Origin: an uncultured Methanosarcinaceae archaeon
Lineage (GTDB): Archaea; Halobacteriota; Methanosarcinia; Methanosarcinales; Methanosarcinaceae
Length of the DNA: 64,000 nucleotides
Direction of reading: 5' to 3'
Assembly (NCBI GenBank): GCA_963721455.1
Contig: CAVRJG010000054.1
Coordinates: forward strand, 160,001 to 224,000
The translations under genes were made by a program, and so were the position numbers. Positions 1 through 10,284 of the stretch are shown here, one piece after another. Numbering within the stretch: the first letter of the stretch is position 1; each line of letters starts with the position of its first letter. The notes beneath the pieces are model-generated. The model was not told where the DNA came from. It made no database searches and saw only the letters and a program-made list of their open reading frames with translations.

Positions 1-244
1 AAACAACGGCCTCATCGACGATTCCCCTTTTTACTTTCCCGTAAGGGTCTCTCTGGGCTCTGAAATATTCGCTATATGTCTTTTCTCTGCCAGCCTGGCA
101 GACAGCAAGGGTCCTGAATTCTTCTTCAACTGCCCCGTCGCAGACGTCGAGCCCTGAATGAGAGGCTATAGTCCCTACCTTTATCTTATCGGCTTGTGTA
201 TAGTAACCTTCAACGATTTCCTTAATTTCTTTCCTGTCGATCAT
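1..244 (-). CDS. purP: 5' part of a PurP-family FAICAR synthetase (formate-dependent, ATP-grasp); runs off the window
   Basis: Not in the ORF track. Manual translation from ATG at 244 gives MIDRKEIKEIVEGYYTQADKIKVGTIASHSGLDVCDGAVEEEFRTLAVCQAGREKTY...; the 'GTIASHS.LD..DGA..E.F.T' motif is typical of PurP. Confidence 0.85.
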   Translation of the reverse strand, partial: MIDRKEIKEIVEGYYTQADKIKVGTIASHSGLDVCDGAVEEEFRTLAVCQAGREKTYSEYFRAQRDPYGKVKRGIVDEAVV

Positions 245-511
245 ATCTGATGGTCCTTGGCTTTGGAAGTGTTTCCTTTCAGTGAAATGGTGATAGGTAT
301 GATTTTTTCAAACCTGATATTCGAGTGGAGATTTCCCGAAGTACAGGCCTGGCGATTATCGTCAGGCGTTATGAAATGGAAGTCTGGATAGGGTTTTTTC
401 CCATTAACGGCTTTACCTATTAAAACCCTTTCTAATAGAAGTAATCATTTATATAATGAAGGGTAGACCAGAAAAGGTATCTGAACCTTTTCCGGTTATC
501 TCGGGGGTTCT

Positions 512-1273
512 TCAAGGTCCTGAAATTAGACTCAGGATGAGGGGGGTAATAAAAGTCTCGATTACTGCTGCAAGGAAAAGAAGAGGCAGGATCCAGCGGA
601 AATAGAACTTGAGCCCGTCCTTAAACTCCCTTTTAATCTGTGTCGGCCTGCCTATAAGGGCGGAAAATACCTGGTGTCCGAGTCGAAGTCCTATACTTGC
701 GGACAGGAAAACCATAGGCAACTCCAGGATCCCGTGTGGGAGAAGGGCAAGAACAATGAAAGGCAGTCCTTTTTGTTGTGCTACGAGATTCGAGATCACT
801 CCCACGATATATCCGTTAAAAGCGATAATTAGTATTGAAAGAACTCCCAGCGCCAGCCCGAGTACCAGAGAAAGCAGGCTTACGAAGGCGTTGTTAAGAA
901 AGATCACAAACAGAATAGAAATAGGATTCATTTCCTGGAGCGGCCCGAAGCGGGAATCAAAACTTTTCATCAGGTTATCAGCCATATCAGGGAAACTTGC
1001 AACTGAGACATAGCCTGCAATGAGGGATGCGAAGAATACAAAGGTCATGAAAAGGAAATAAGGCCAGATAAAGTGCACGTACCCGGTAAACCCTTTTTTT
1101 GAGTTTTTTCCGGCATCTGACCAGGTTTTTACTTCCGTGTTTCCGGTAAGAAAGTCTTTCTCCTCTCTAGCGTATCTTCTAGTTTCCGTCTCCCCTTCAG
1201 GAGTTTCTGTCTGTACTCCCGCTTTTTTCTCCTTTAAATTAGAATCTTCCTCTCTTTCCATACTTTCCCCCAC
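512..1273 (-). CDS. Stage II sporulation protein M (SpoIIM/DUF95)-like membrane protein
   Basis: Hydrophobic ORF with IFLNN, FNG, LPHGILELP and AAVIETFITP motifs; charged N-terminal extension. Confidence 0.85.
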   Translation of the reverse strand: MGESMEREEDSNLKEKKAGVQTETPEGETETRRYAREEKDFLTGNTEVKTWSDAGKNSKKGFTGYVHFIWPYFLFMTFVFFASLIAGYVSVASFPDMADNLMKSFDSRFGPLQEMNPISILFVIFLNNAFVSLLSLVLGLALGVLSILIIAFNGYIVGVISNLVAQQKGLPFIVLALLPHGILELPMVFLSASIGLRLGHQVFSALIGRPTQIKREFKDGLKFYFRWILPLLFLAAVIETFITPLILSLISGP

Positions 1274-1335
1274 CAGTGATTTTCATCTCGTTTGATCAAT
1301 CCGAACTGCAGGCGCCTGTATATATCGGTTTTGTC

Positions 1336-2205
1336 TCAGATTCCCAGCATCATCCGGATCGTGTTCCGGGTTGCAGGAGAAAGCCCAAGGATCAAAATGA
1401 CCATTTTAATTAGCATTTTCAGGTCCACGGAACGTTCATCATCCTCAAACTGAGTGTCAAGCATGTAAAGAACCCCTATGAAGATAATAAGTTTCAATGG
1501 ATACATAACCAATGCGGTGCCAGTAAGCTCGATAAGATAAGAGGGCACTACATGTTTTTCAAAGTATCCCAGCATATCTACTCCTATGTACGTTGAAGAA
1601 GCATCCATCAGATGGGCCATCAGGATGGAGAGGTTAAGGGGATCGGTAAATATCGAGGATTTGAAATGACGGGCAACAAGGTAAAAGGCAAAGGTCAGGC
1701 CTGTTCCTGCCCCCAGTACGAATAAGGGGACTTGAGCGGCTACTATGTTCTCGAAATGCAGGAGGGTGATGAGGTTTGCGAAGAACCATACAAGTCCGAA
1801 GCCTGCAAAGATGACATGAAAATCCTTTACCAGCTTGGCTCTCTGCAGCCGGATGGAAAGCCAGAGGCAGCCTACAGTTACCGCAAAAACCAAAAAGTAA
1901 ATATTGGGAGTTATGAGAAGATAGGTTAATGGCGAGTGAATTATGCCTGCAGGAGAATCCTCAAGTACGCGCAGGGAAGAGCCCGCAAGCACGAAAGGCA
2001 GTACAGAAGCAATAAAGCGCGGTGTGATTTTTACCTTCAGTTTCTCGAGAAGCCTGAAAACCCCGAATATACAAATACCCAGTACCACTGCCCATGTAAA
2101 GGTGTTTACGGGATTATACCCTTCGTCACTCCTTATGGGGTCAAGATAATAGGTATTGATAAACTGTGATATTTTATCTATTGAAAAACTCATCTTATCA
2201 CTCAT
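1336..2205 (-). CDS. DUF63-family archaeal membrane protein
   Basis: GYNPVNT, RVLED, TPNIY, AHLMDASST and EKHV motifs in a multi-TM protein. Confidence 0.8.
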   Translation of the reverse strand: MSDKMSFSIDKISQFINTYYLDPIRSDEGYNPVNTFTWAVVLGICIFGVFRLLEKLKVKITPRFIASVLPFVLAGSSLRVLEDSPAGIIHSPLTYLLITPNIYFLVFAVTVGCLWLSIRLQRAKLVKDFHVIFAGFGLVWFFANLITLLHFENIVAAQVPLFVLGAGTGLTFAFYLVARHFKSSIFTDPLNLSILMAHLMDASSTYIGVDMLGYFEKHVVPSYLIELTGTALVMYPLKLIIFIGVLYMLDTQFEDDERSVDLKMLIKMVILILGLSPATRNTIRMMLGI

Positions 2206-2561
2206 TCAAAATGGCAATATCCTAATACAATTAATACTTACTGTGTATAAGTCGAACTTATTTCCTCAATCAAGAAGGTAGTATTCTATCTCTAGCGTGC
2301 GGTGTTCGTTTTAATGGCAGATATTTCTTTCCGGAAGGTTTTATCTCAATAAAGGCTAACAGTATTATAAAGGTTAATAATAAAGGTTAATATTAATATA
2401 TTACTTCATTTTTATAATTATCTGTATAACTCCTAACATCATGCGCACACATACTATAATGGTGTATAATGGTGTAAGCATGGAGAATGACCCTGAATGA
2501 ATTCTAAGAAAAAGAGTCTGATAAATCAATCTTGAAGATGTGCCATACTGGAACTGATCAA

Positions 2562-2606
2562 GAATTAAGTTAATGAATTAAGTTAATGAATTAAGTTAAT
2601 GAATTA
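2562..2606. repeat. 13-bp tandem repeat GAATTAAGTTAAT, about 3.5 copies
   Basis: Read directly from the sequence in the divergent intergenic region. Confidence 0.9.
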
Positions 2607-2821
2607 GTTATGTACCTGATATGCTGTAGTCTGCTGATAATCGAAACCTGACGGTGTGAAGTGCAATCCGGGGATTGGGCGGTCTGTCATAAAGATTGAT
2701 ATATGTTAATCTCCCAGTAAGCAAATAACCTTCAACAGCTGGATTATGTGTGACTTCTTGTGTATATTCGGGTTTACAAAAGCCAATTTACCATCTATCA
2801 TGATCAAATACATATGCGGGT

Positions 2822-3892
2822 ATGAAATTGACTATCAACAAAAACAGCGCAAAATGGATGCAGCTTCCCAGAGATGTGCTCATCGGGCACGGCGTGCTTG
2901 AGGAAGTTGGATATGTCTGCAGGGACCTGAAACTGAAAGGAAATGCGCTGATCGTGACCGGAAGCACTACGCGGGATATTGCAGGCAGGAGAGTTCGTGA
3001 CCTCCTTGAAAGTGCGGGCAGCAGCGTGGAAACAGTTCTAACGTGCAAAGCTACGATGGAGGAGGTTGATAAGGTCATGGAAAAAGCCCTTGAAATAGAA
3101 GCGACTTTTCTCCTCGGGGTTGGAAGCGGCAGGTCTATTGACCTTGCGAAGCTTGCTTCGACCCGGCTGGAACTTCCTTTTATCAGCGTGCCTACTGCAG
3201 CTTCTCATGATGGTATTGCATCTTCCCGCGCCTCAATTGTGGACAATGGAAAGAGTACGTCTGTACAGGCGCAGGCTCCGATTGCAGTCATAGCAGACAC
3301 GGAAATTATCTCCTCGGCTCCTTTCCGTTTCCTTGCAGCCGGCTGTGGAGATATAATTTCCAATTACACGGCAGTAATGGACTGGGAACTTGCAAGCAGG
3401 CTCAGGAATGAATATTTTGGGGAATATGCTGCAGCCCTCTCCCGTATGGCTGCCAGGGTAATGATTGAGTATGCAGATTCGATCAAGCCCCAGCACGAGA
3501 CGTCGGCAAGGCTTGTAGTAAAAGCTCTTTTGTCGAACGGGATTGCAATGAGTATTGCAGGCTCTTCAAGACCTGCTTCAGGTTCGGAACATATGTTCAG
3601 CCATGCCCTTGACAGGATAGCCCCAAAACCCGCGCTCCACGGGGAACAATGCGGGGTTGGCACGATTATGATGATGTACCTCCACGGGGGAAACTGGCAG
3701 GAAATCAGGGACGCCTTAAAAAAGATCGGGGCTCCTGTAACTGCAGAAGAACTGGGTATAGAAGATAAATATATAATTGAAGCCCTGTTACATGCACACA
3801 GCATTCGCCCTGAACGTTATACAATTCTCGGGAGCGGCCTTACCCCCTCGGCTGCTGAGAAAGTTGCCAGAATCACAAAGGTCATAAGTTGA
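2822..3892 (+). CDS. egsA: sn-glycerol-1-phosphate dehydrogenase (archaeal lipid backbone)
   Basis: [34 protein letters not shown] and LHGEQCG motifs. Confidence 0.95.
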   Translation: MKLTINKNSAKWMQLPRDVLIGHGVLEEVGYVCRDLKLKGNALIVTGSTTRDIAGRRVRDLLESAGSSVETVLTCKATMEEVDKVMEKALEIEATFLLGVGSGRSIDLAKLASTRLELPFISVPTAASHDGIASSRASIVDNGKSTSVQAQAPIAVIADTEIISSAPFRFLAAGCGDIISNYTAVMDWELASRLRNEYFGEYAAALSRMAARVMIEYADSIKPQHETSARLVVKALLSNGIAMSIAGSSRPASGSEHMFSHALDRIAPKPALHGEQCGVGTIMMMYLHGGNWQEIRDALKKIGAPVTAEELGIEDKYIIEALLHAHSIRPERYTILGSGLTPSAAEKVARITKVIS

Positions 3893-4159
3893 AAAGTTAT
3901 TCTTGTTCAGGCTGAAGTAGAAAATCAGTGTTTGTTTAAAGTACAGAGCTCAAGGCTGCAGTTAAGATTCCATTTAAGAATCCAGTGGCTCACATCCGGT
4001 TAAAGGGAGCTCGGTTAATCCGGAATCACTTAATTTCCAATTAAAAAGTATTATTCCAAATCGAATCCAGTATTGAATTTCAAATTATTTCGGGATAAGC
4101 TCCGGGCATCCCTGAGAAACGGGGCACAGGCCCGAAAACAATCAAATGGAAGAGTTATT

Positions 4160-4609
4160 ATGACAGAAAGCGATACCAAAATAACACTTATCGGATCACG
4201 GCTTGCAAGGGAAGGGCTGGAATTCATATTCAAAGGTGAGATGCCCGAATGCAAAAAATGCCGGCTAAAGAACACCTGCCTTAATCTTGAACCAGGACGC
4301 AGGTACAGGGTCGAGAGAATCAGGAACAATGATCTCCATGAATGTTTCCTGCATGATAGCGGTGTACTGGCCGTGGACGTTAGCAGGGCTCCTATCCTGA
4401 CCACAATAGAGTCAAGAAAGGCAGTTGATGGGGCAAAAATTATGTATGAGCCTCCAAAGTGCGGCAAGAGGGAGTGCGGGGTGTATGAGGTCTGCCACCC
4501 TGAAGGGCTTTCGAAGGGAGACAAATGCAAAATTGTAGAGGTCCTCGAAAGCCTTGATTCCAAGTGCGAAGCCAACTATTCCCTGAAAAAAGTGAAATTG
4601 GCCTGGTAA
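4160..4609 (+). CDS. UPF0179-family Cys-rich protein
   Basis: Start moved to ATG 4160 (MTESDTKITLIG). ITLIG, CKKCRLKNTC.NLEPGRRY and HEC.LH motifs. Confidence 0.85.
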   Translation: MTESDTKITLIGSRLAREGLEFIFKGEMPECKKCRLKNTCLNLEPGRRYRVERIRNNDLHECFLHDSGVLAVDVSRAPILTTIESRKAVDGAKIMYEPPKCGKRECGVYEVCHPEGLSKGDKCKIVEVLESLDSKCEANYSLKKVKLAW

Positions 4610-4683
4610 ATGTAAAACAAACATATTTTAGTAATAGTAAGATTGATTATTAATAAATACTAAAGGTTTAAGTGGTGTTATAA

Positions 4684-5316
4684 GTGCCTGAAAAGGAAAT
4701 GAACCAGGTCCCCTATGAATTTTATACCCAAAAGCGCTGGGAAAACTGGCTAGGAAGGGCAAAAGAGAGCGGTTTCCAGATCAAGGAATCGGAAGAAGAA
4801 GCCGGAAAGGAAAGTGCCATCTTCGTCAATATGGTTGACGATGTTATCCTTGCCTGCCTGAAATTCACCGTACGCTTTGAGAAAGGTATGCTCTCCAGAG
4901 AAAAAGCTCTGGAGATTCTGGCGGAGATCCGGGACATCGTACTTTCCGAGGTCGAACCGATTTCCGAAGATATCGACCTTATGATAGACTCGATCCAGAC
5001 CTCTCTTATGGGAGCGATTGTCGCCTTTGAATGCTATATTCTGGGTGACTACGACGAGGGGGCAAATATTGAAGAACTTGTAAAAGCAGCCATTGACGCT
5101 GAATCCTCGGACAACCTTGAACTTGCCCTCGATTATACTGCACAGTGCGGTGCAATCGTGCTAAAAGGGAAAAGCCTGCCTGAAGAGGTTATGGCCGAAC
5201 TTCCCTACGGCATTGTTGCAGAATGGCTTGACGGGATTGATTCCATCTCGGCTGCAATGGTAGGAAGCGATAGTTACAAGGAATTTGACGAAGAAGATGA
5301 AGAGGACGCTGCCTAA
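4684..5316 (+). CDS. DUF2150-family acidic protein
   Basis: FYT..RW.NW N-terminal motif; acidic helical protein. Confidence 0.75.
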   Translation: MPEKEMNQVPYEFYTQKRWENWLGRAKESGFQIKESEEEAGKESAIFVNMVDDVILACLKFTVRFEKGMLSREKALEILAEIRDIVLSEVEPISEDIDLMIDSIQTSLMGAIVAFECYILGDYDEGANIEELVKAAIDAESSDNLELALDYTAQCGAIVLKGKSLPEEVMAELPYGIVAEWLDGIDSISAAMVGSDSYKEFDEEDEEDAA

Positions 5317-5515
5317 ACAAATCCTCTGCAAACGAAGGATTCCTTTTCCAGTTTTTCTGGAATGTGGAAGTCCTTTTAAATTTATAAAAATTAAATCTTA
5401 GTTTAAATATTAAATAAATTTCAGTTTAAATATTAAATGTTCGGTTCAAAAATCAGGTATTAGCTCAAAAATTAATTAAAAAATTAAATAATATTAAAAA
5501 GCTTGTCCAATGTTT

Positions 5516-6739
5516 TCAAGCTTTCTCGAAGCATGTCCTGGATTCTTGCTTTTCAACCAGTTTCTTCTGCCCGGATTCCTGCTTTTCAATCACTTTTTCG
5601 TATACTTCGAGAGTTTTTTCAGCTATTGTTTTCCAGTTATATTTCTTTTTGAGAAGGTCGTTTCCTTTTTCTCCCATTCGGTTATGGCCAAGCCCTTCAA
5701 GGACATAATTGAGACCCCAGGCAATAGAAGAGGATTCTTTATGAGCAACAACTCCTGTCTTGAAATTCTCCACAAGAGCGACTGCATCGCTTGCAACTAC
5801 CGGTTTCTTTGCATCCCAGGCTTCAAGCACCACGATTCCGAAGGGCTCATTCCGGCTGGGCACGCACACAAGGTCGCAGGCATTGAACCAGTCTATTACA
5901 GTGTCATCCGGGGCATATCCAAGGAAGTTGCATGAATTTCCGATCCCAAGTTTCTGGGCCTGATTTTCACACTGAGAGCGCATGTCCCCTTCTCCTATGA
6001 GCACAAACTGGGCATTCCTTTTTTTCAGGACTTTTGCCGCAGCTTCCACCAGCAGGTCAGGCCCTTTCTGATAGGACATCCTTCCCGTGAAAAGCACTAC
6101 TGGAAGGCATGGGTGGATGCCGTAGTGCTTTTTCACATTTCCAGGGTCGATTTGTCTTTTTATTTTTCCCACGTTTATGCCGTTAGGAATTTCCCATAGC
6201 TTGTAATCGGGAATTTTGTAGATATGCTGGACTTCTTCCTTTAATACTGTCGAGGTCGTAATCACATCAGAAGATTCGTATCCTCCGAGCCATTCCCTGT
6301 GCGCTATTTCCTTTGCTTCCCACCAGTCCCCATGGCGGTTCCCATTGCGTCCCCATTCAGTGCTGTGGAAGGTTAGCACAAAAGGCAGCCCAAACTGGGC
6401 TTTAATCCTGCAGAGAACATTTACCGGATGCCAGTCATGCCCATGAAGAACATCAAATTTTCCTACACTTTTTCTCACGTCCAGAAACCGGCAGTACATA
6501 CCTTCGCACATCCGGTTCATCTGTTCTATTATTCCCCCGTTTTGATCACAGGCAATCCTGTGATAATGGACTCCATTGATTATCTCATCGTTGTTTTCAC
6601 GGCCTCGTGTAAACAGGTGGACCTCATGTCCCTCTGCCGCAAGAGCATCAGAGAGTTCGGATACATGGGGTGAGATTCCTCCTACACGTATCGAATACAA
6701 ACTTTCCCAGGTAAACATTCCTATTCGAATCTTTTTCAT
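5516..6739 (-). CDS. GT4-family glycosyltransferase (glycogen synthase-like)
   Basis: WE...VGG...HV, HGHDWH, TFHSTE, QKGPD and PSRNEPFGIVVLEAW (E-X7-E). Confidence 0.9.
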   Translation of the reverse strand: MKKIRIGMFTWESLYSIRVGGISPHVSELSDALAAEGHEVHLFTRGRENNDEIINGVHYHRIACDQNGGIIEQMNRMCEGMYCRFLDVRKSVGKFDVLHGHDWHPVNVLCRIKAQFGLPFVLTFHSTEWGRNGNRHGDWWEAKEIAHREWLGGYESSDVITTSTVLKEEVQHIYKIPDYKLWEIPNGINVGKIKRQIDPGNVKKHYGIHPCLPVVLFTGRMSYQKGPDLLVEAAAKVLKKRNAQFVLIGEGDMRSQCENQAQKLGIGNSCNFLGYAPDDTVIDWFNACDLVCVPSRNEPFGIVVLEAWDAKKPVVASDAVALVENFKTGVVAHKESSSIAWGLNYVLEGLGHNRMGEKGNDLLKKKYNWKTIAEKTLEVYEKVIEKQESGQKKLVEKQESRTCFEKA

Positions 6740-6834
6740 AGGCTCACTTATTCCTTTTTGTCAAAATTGGAATTAAGGACATCAGTAACTAAGAATGCAG
6801 GCTTCCCCTTGCCTTTTATAATAATTGCATCCTC

Positions 6835-6892
6835 CAGTTTACTGAATTCAGCTATATTTCAGTTATATTACCCTGCAGTTTACTGAATTCAG
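6835..6892. promoter_or_regulatory. Two identical 17-bp sites CAGTTTACTGAATTCAG (palindromic core CTGAATTCAG), 41 bp apart, upstream of the GT4 gene
   Basis: Copies at 6835-6851 and 6876-6892; TATA-like run on the minus strand near 6815-6823. Regulatory role is inferred. Confidence 0.45.
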
Positions 6893-7141
6893 ATCGCGAC
6901 AGTCCTGCTATAACCCTGCGTATGCCCCTTAAGCCTTTAATTGACTATATAATGGTAAAGGAGTATAACCTTGATTTACGTGATATGAAGGCGGCTTTCG
7001 CATTAAGGATACCGTTTCTATACTTCCTTAACTTCATTCCTTTTTAATGGTAGATAAACATATCTGTGAATTTTTTCTTACGTTTTTGACTGGAAATCAT
7101 GAAATCTTCGTCCTCTCCTTAGCTTATTTCTCAGACAGGGC

Positions 7142-8146
7142 TCATTTTCCGGGCATAGGGTCTCCCCTCAGGTAAGAGGCTGCCCTTTCCGGGGAAACCG
7201 TAGTGATATAAGTTCCTGTATTCAGTTCAAAACCCGCATTAATGGTAAGTCTCGGAAGCAGCCGAAGGTTCAGGTGATATTCGGGAGTTTCGAAAAGCTG
7301 GTAAAACATATGATTGAAAGGCAGGTTTCCAAAGACTCTCCCATAACTTTTGAGGACATCTCTTAAAATGTCTCCGAGGGCAAAAAGAATTTTGTCATTG
7401 CAATCTCCAAGAAAACTGACATGTTTCTTGGGAAGAACCCATACTTCAAATGGCCCCACTGAATAATAAGGAGTAAAAGCTATGCATTCGCTGTTCTCAA
7501 ATATCAGGCGGGACGACGTTTTTTCCATATCAAAAATGGCACAGTATGGGCATCTTTCTTTTTCCCTGATAACCTTCAATTCCCTCCCCAGCGGAGGAGG
7601 ACAAAACGGCAGGGCAAGGAGCTGGCTGTGAGGGTGGTTAATGGAAGCCCCTGCTGCTTTTCCGGAATTTTTGAACAGGGAGACGTAAAGTATTTTTTCA
7701 CGGGTTATGTAGTTGCATGTACGGTCTCTATAGACGTGCATGAGCCCTGAGAGTTCAGGATTGGAAAAATCCTCCAGTCTTCTCCCATGCAAAGGCGACT
7801 CTACGATAACTTCATGAAAGCCGTACCCTGGTTCAGCCCGCATGCCAATTTCCGGATGCTCTAGAGGATCCGGGGCAGGCGAGAGGGCAGGGTAAAGGTT
7901 CGGAAAGCAGCGAAAATCCCAGTTGCGTATCCTTTTTTCGGAAGTGTCGGCAAAGATTTTCCCATTTTTATATACTGCAGTGGCAAGGGGAGTTTTTTCC
8001 TCTTCCCCCCTGCAAAAAATGCAGTTTTCAGGGCCGCTTTTCCCGGAATCTTCAACTGCGCCTGCAAAATCCGAAGGCCTTTTAGCTCTTTCTTCTGCAA
8101 TTATGCAGTACTCGGAAAGAAAATAATGTTTTCTGATTTCTGGCAT
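7142..8146 (-). CDS. galT: GalT-like (HIT superfamily) sugar-1-phosphate nucleotidyltransferase
   Basis: RAKRP, CIFC, PNLYPAL, HEVIVESP.H and FKN.G..AGASINHPHSQ active-site motif. Confidence 0.85.
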   Translation of the reverse strand: MPEIRKHYFLSEYCIIAEERAKRPSDFAGAVEDSGKSGPENCIFCRGEEEKTPLATAVYKNGKIFADTSEKRIRNWDFRCFPNLYPALSPAPDPLEHPEIGMRAEPGYGFHEVIVESPLHGRRLEDFSNPELSGLMHVYRDRTCNYITREKILYVSLFKNSGKAAGASINHPHSQLLALPFCPPPLGRELKVIREKERCPYCAIFDMEKTSSRLIFENSECIAFTPYYSVGPFEVWVLPKKHVSFLGDCNDKILFALGDILRDVLKSYGRVFGNLPFNHMFYQLFETPEYHLNLRLLPRLTINAGFELNTGTYITTVSPERAASYLRGDPMPGK

Positions 8147-8278
8147 TTCAGGAAAACCTCATTATATTTCTCTTCCATTTTCTCCTCTTTCGTTATCTTT
8201 TCTTCCTTCCCCTCTTTTTCCTGACTAACCCTTTTTCGGACACTTTTTAGTATTCTTTTACCCTTTGCCTGCGGCATT

Positions 8279-10069
8279 TTACTGCTTGCAGAAGCGAGCC
8301 CCGCTTATCAGTTCATAATACTGTTCAGTAGGAGCTTTCCAGTCCATATCTTTTGCCAGGAGAAAGGCTTCCTTGCAGAGGAGTTTGTACTTTACCCTGT
8401 CATCTATGAAATTCCGTGTAAAGTAGCTGACTGCCAGGGCATATTCAAGGACTGTCTCATAATAGGAGAGGTCTATGTTGTCCACGACTATCACTCCTCC
8501 GAGTACATCTATAAGGGATTCGATTGTCTTTATGGCGTCACTGAAACCGCAGACACGGCTGACAACGCTTGGGGTTCCCTCTTTTCCGGCTTCAAGCCCT
8601 GTGAGCAGGAAGGGGTCATAACGCGAGGGAAAAATGCCTGCACAGCAACCTGCCATAAATTCCCCAACTTCCATACCGAGCCCTCCATCGGATGTTGAGA
8701 GAATCTGCGGATACAGAAGTGCTGCAACCGAGCGCTTTCCTCTTACCATTTTCGAAAAATCAAGTCCTTTCTCCTCGATCATCTGCTGAATCCTGAGTTC
8801 GTTTCCCACAAGTATTTCTTTTGGCAGGTTGACAGGAAATCCTGCAGGAAGGTTTGTTTTTTGTCCTTCTGCGGTAACAAGGAAACAGATTACCCTGGTT
8901 CCTTCTTGCATATGCCCTTCCAGAATACTGTTCTTTATTATATGCTCAAGAGCGACAAGGGAATCGAGAAGGTCCGGATACCCTTTATTTTCTATTTCTA
9001 TGCGGGAGATTGTGAAAATCGGGATTATCTTTTCGGGTTCTATCCTTTCCCCTCCGTGATATTTGTACAGGTTTTCGGAAAGGAACTTTCTGATCCGTTC
9101 AAGGCATCTTTCTTTCAGGTTCCAGTCTATTTTATCGGATTCTATAGTTATTCCGTTTCTGATCACAATCCCGTTAATCCCGTAAAACAGCCTGGCTTCC
9201 TGCCGGGTCGACTCCCCTACTGCGGTAATCGTATCAGCATATGATGCAAGGGCTTCGAGGGCAGCCAGGTTTTCAGGCACTCCGGGAGGCCATGTACTGT
9301 CATTCTTCCTCCTTTTTTGAATGGAATTGTATCCGGCAGTCCTTCCGGGCAGAGTCGCATGCAGGGTTGCAACAGTACTTACCGGAATTCCAAGTTTTTT
9401 TAGCCTGGCTAACGCATAAAACACCCCGAATTCATGGCAGTGCAGGGAGACACCAGGGCAGGGGCTGAAATCCTGAATTGAGGTTGTTTCTCCGGTTTCG
9501 GCACTTTCCGAAGCCGAACTTACAAGGAGCCGGATAAGCTCGGAAATTGCATAGGAAAGGGAAAGGTAATGGGTATATTCCGGACCATTTGAGATACTCT
9601 CATATTTCAGGGAATCAAGCCCAAGGTGTTCGTAGGCTTCAGCTTTGATCCTGCTTTCGAGTGTCATCTCTTTTCCCATGTATGTTGAGCGTATCTTCCC
9701 GAAATCAGAGGTTTGAAACTGCAGGTAGCCTACTCTGGTTTTCCCTACCAGTTTTTCTCCTGTAAACACTTTGATGCCTGACTTTTCAAGGGATTCCAGG
9801 CTTTTTTGAAGCTCCCCTCCAATATTTAGCGGGCTAAACCCCTCCATACTCGTAATCCGGTTCAGCCCCCGGTTCCAGTCCGCACCCCTGTGCCCGTAAT
9901 AAGGACCCGCAACAAGAATCTCTTTCTCTTCTTTTGTATCCAATATGCCGGAATCTAAAAGAGCCGCAAGGGTATGTGCCTCTTCATGAATGACATTCCA
10001 GATTCCGCCCATTTTGTTTGATTTAGGGCCTGCTTCTTCCCCGGCGATTATGACCAAATGCTTTCCCAA
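8279..10069 (-). CDS. Glycogen synthase-like glycosyltransferase (GT3-like)
   Basis: NKMGGIWNVI (cf. GT3 NKVGGIYTVI), HCHE, TLHAT..GR, R.EIENKG and FPSRYDPF...LE. Confidence 0.8.
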   Translation of the reverse strand: MGKHLVIIAGEEAGPKSNKMGGIWNVIHEEAHTLAALLDSGILDTKEEKEILVAGPYYGHRGADWNRGLNRITSMEGFSPLNIGGELQKSLESLEKSGIKVFTGEKLVGKTRVGYLQFQTSDFGKIRSTYMGKEMTLESRIKAEAYEHLGLDSLKYESISNGPEYTHYLSLSYAISELIRLLVSSASESAETGETTSIQDFSPCPGVSLHCHEFGVFYALARLKKLGIPVSTVATLHATLPGRTAGYNSIQKRRKNDSTWPPGVPENLAALEALASYADTITAVGESTRQEARLFYGINGIVIRNGITIESDKIDWNLKERCLERIRKFLSENLYKYHGGERIEPEKIIPIFTISRIEIENKGYPDLLDSLVALEHIIKNSILEGHMQEGTRVICFLVTAEGQKTNLPAGFPVNLPKEILVGNELRIQQMIEEKGLDFSKMVRGKRSVAALLYPQILSTSDGGLGMEVGEFMAGCCAGIFPSRYDPFLLTGLEAGKEGTPSVVSRVCGFSDAIKTIESLIDVLGGVIVVDNIDLSYYETVLEYALAVSYFTRNFIDDRVKYKLLCKEAFLLAKDMDWKAPTEQYYELISGARFCKQ

Positions 10070-10284
10070 ATCCTAATCCCCCAATGTATTTTTGCCATTC
10101 AGTTCTGTATTTATATTTTAATTCGCCTGTGAATATTAAAACTTATCAATCGAAAAAGAAACTTGTAAGGGACTGTAAGAGATACAGAAGAATACGTTGA
10201 AATTCGTGGCGGGCAGTCTGCTGAAAATTATTGAAAAAAGAAAAGGCTTGAAAGCCAGAGAGTAAGTGCGGGAAAAGGAATTTT

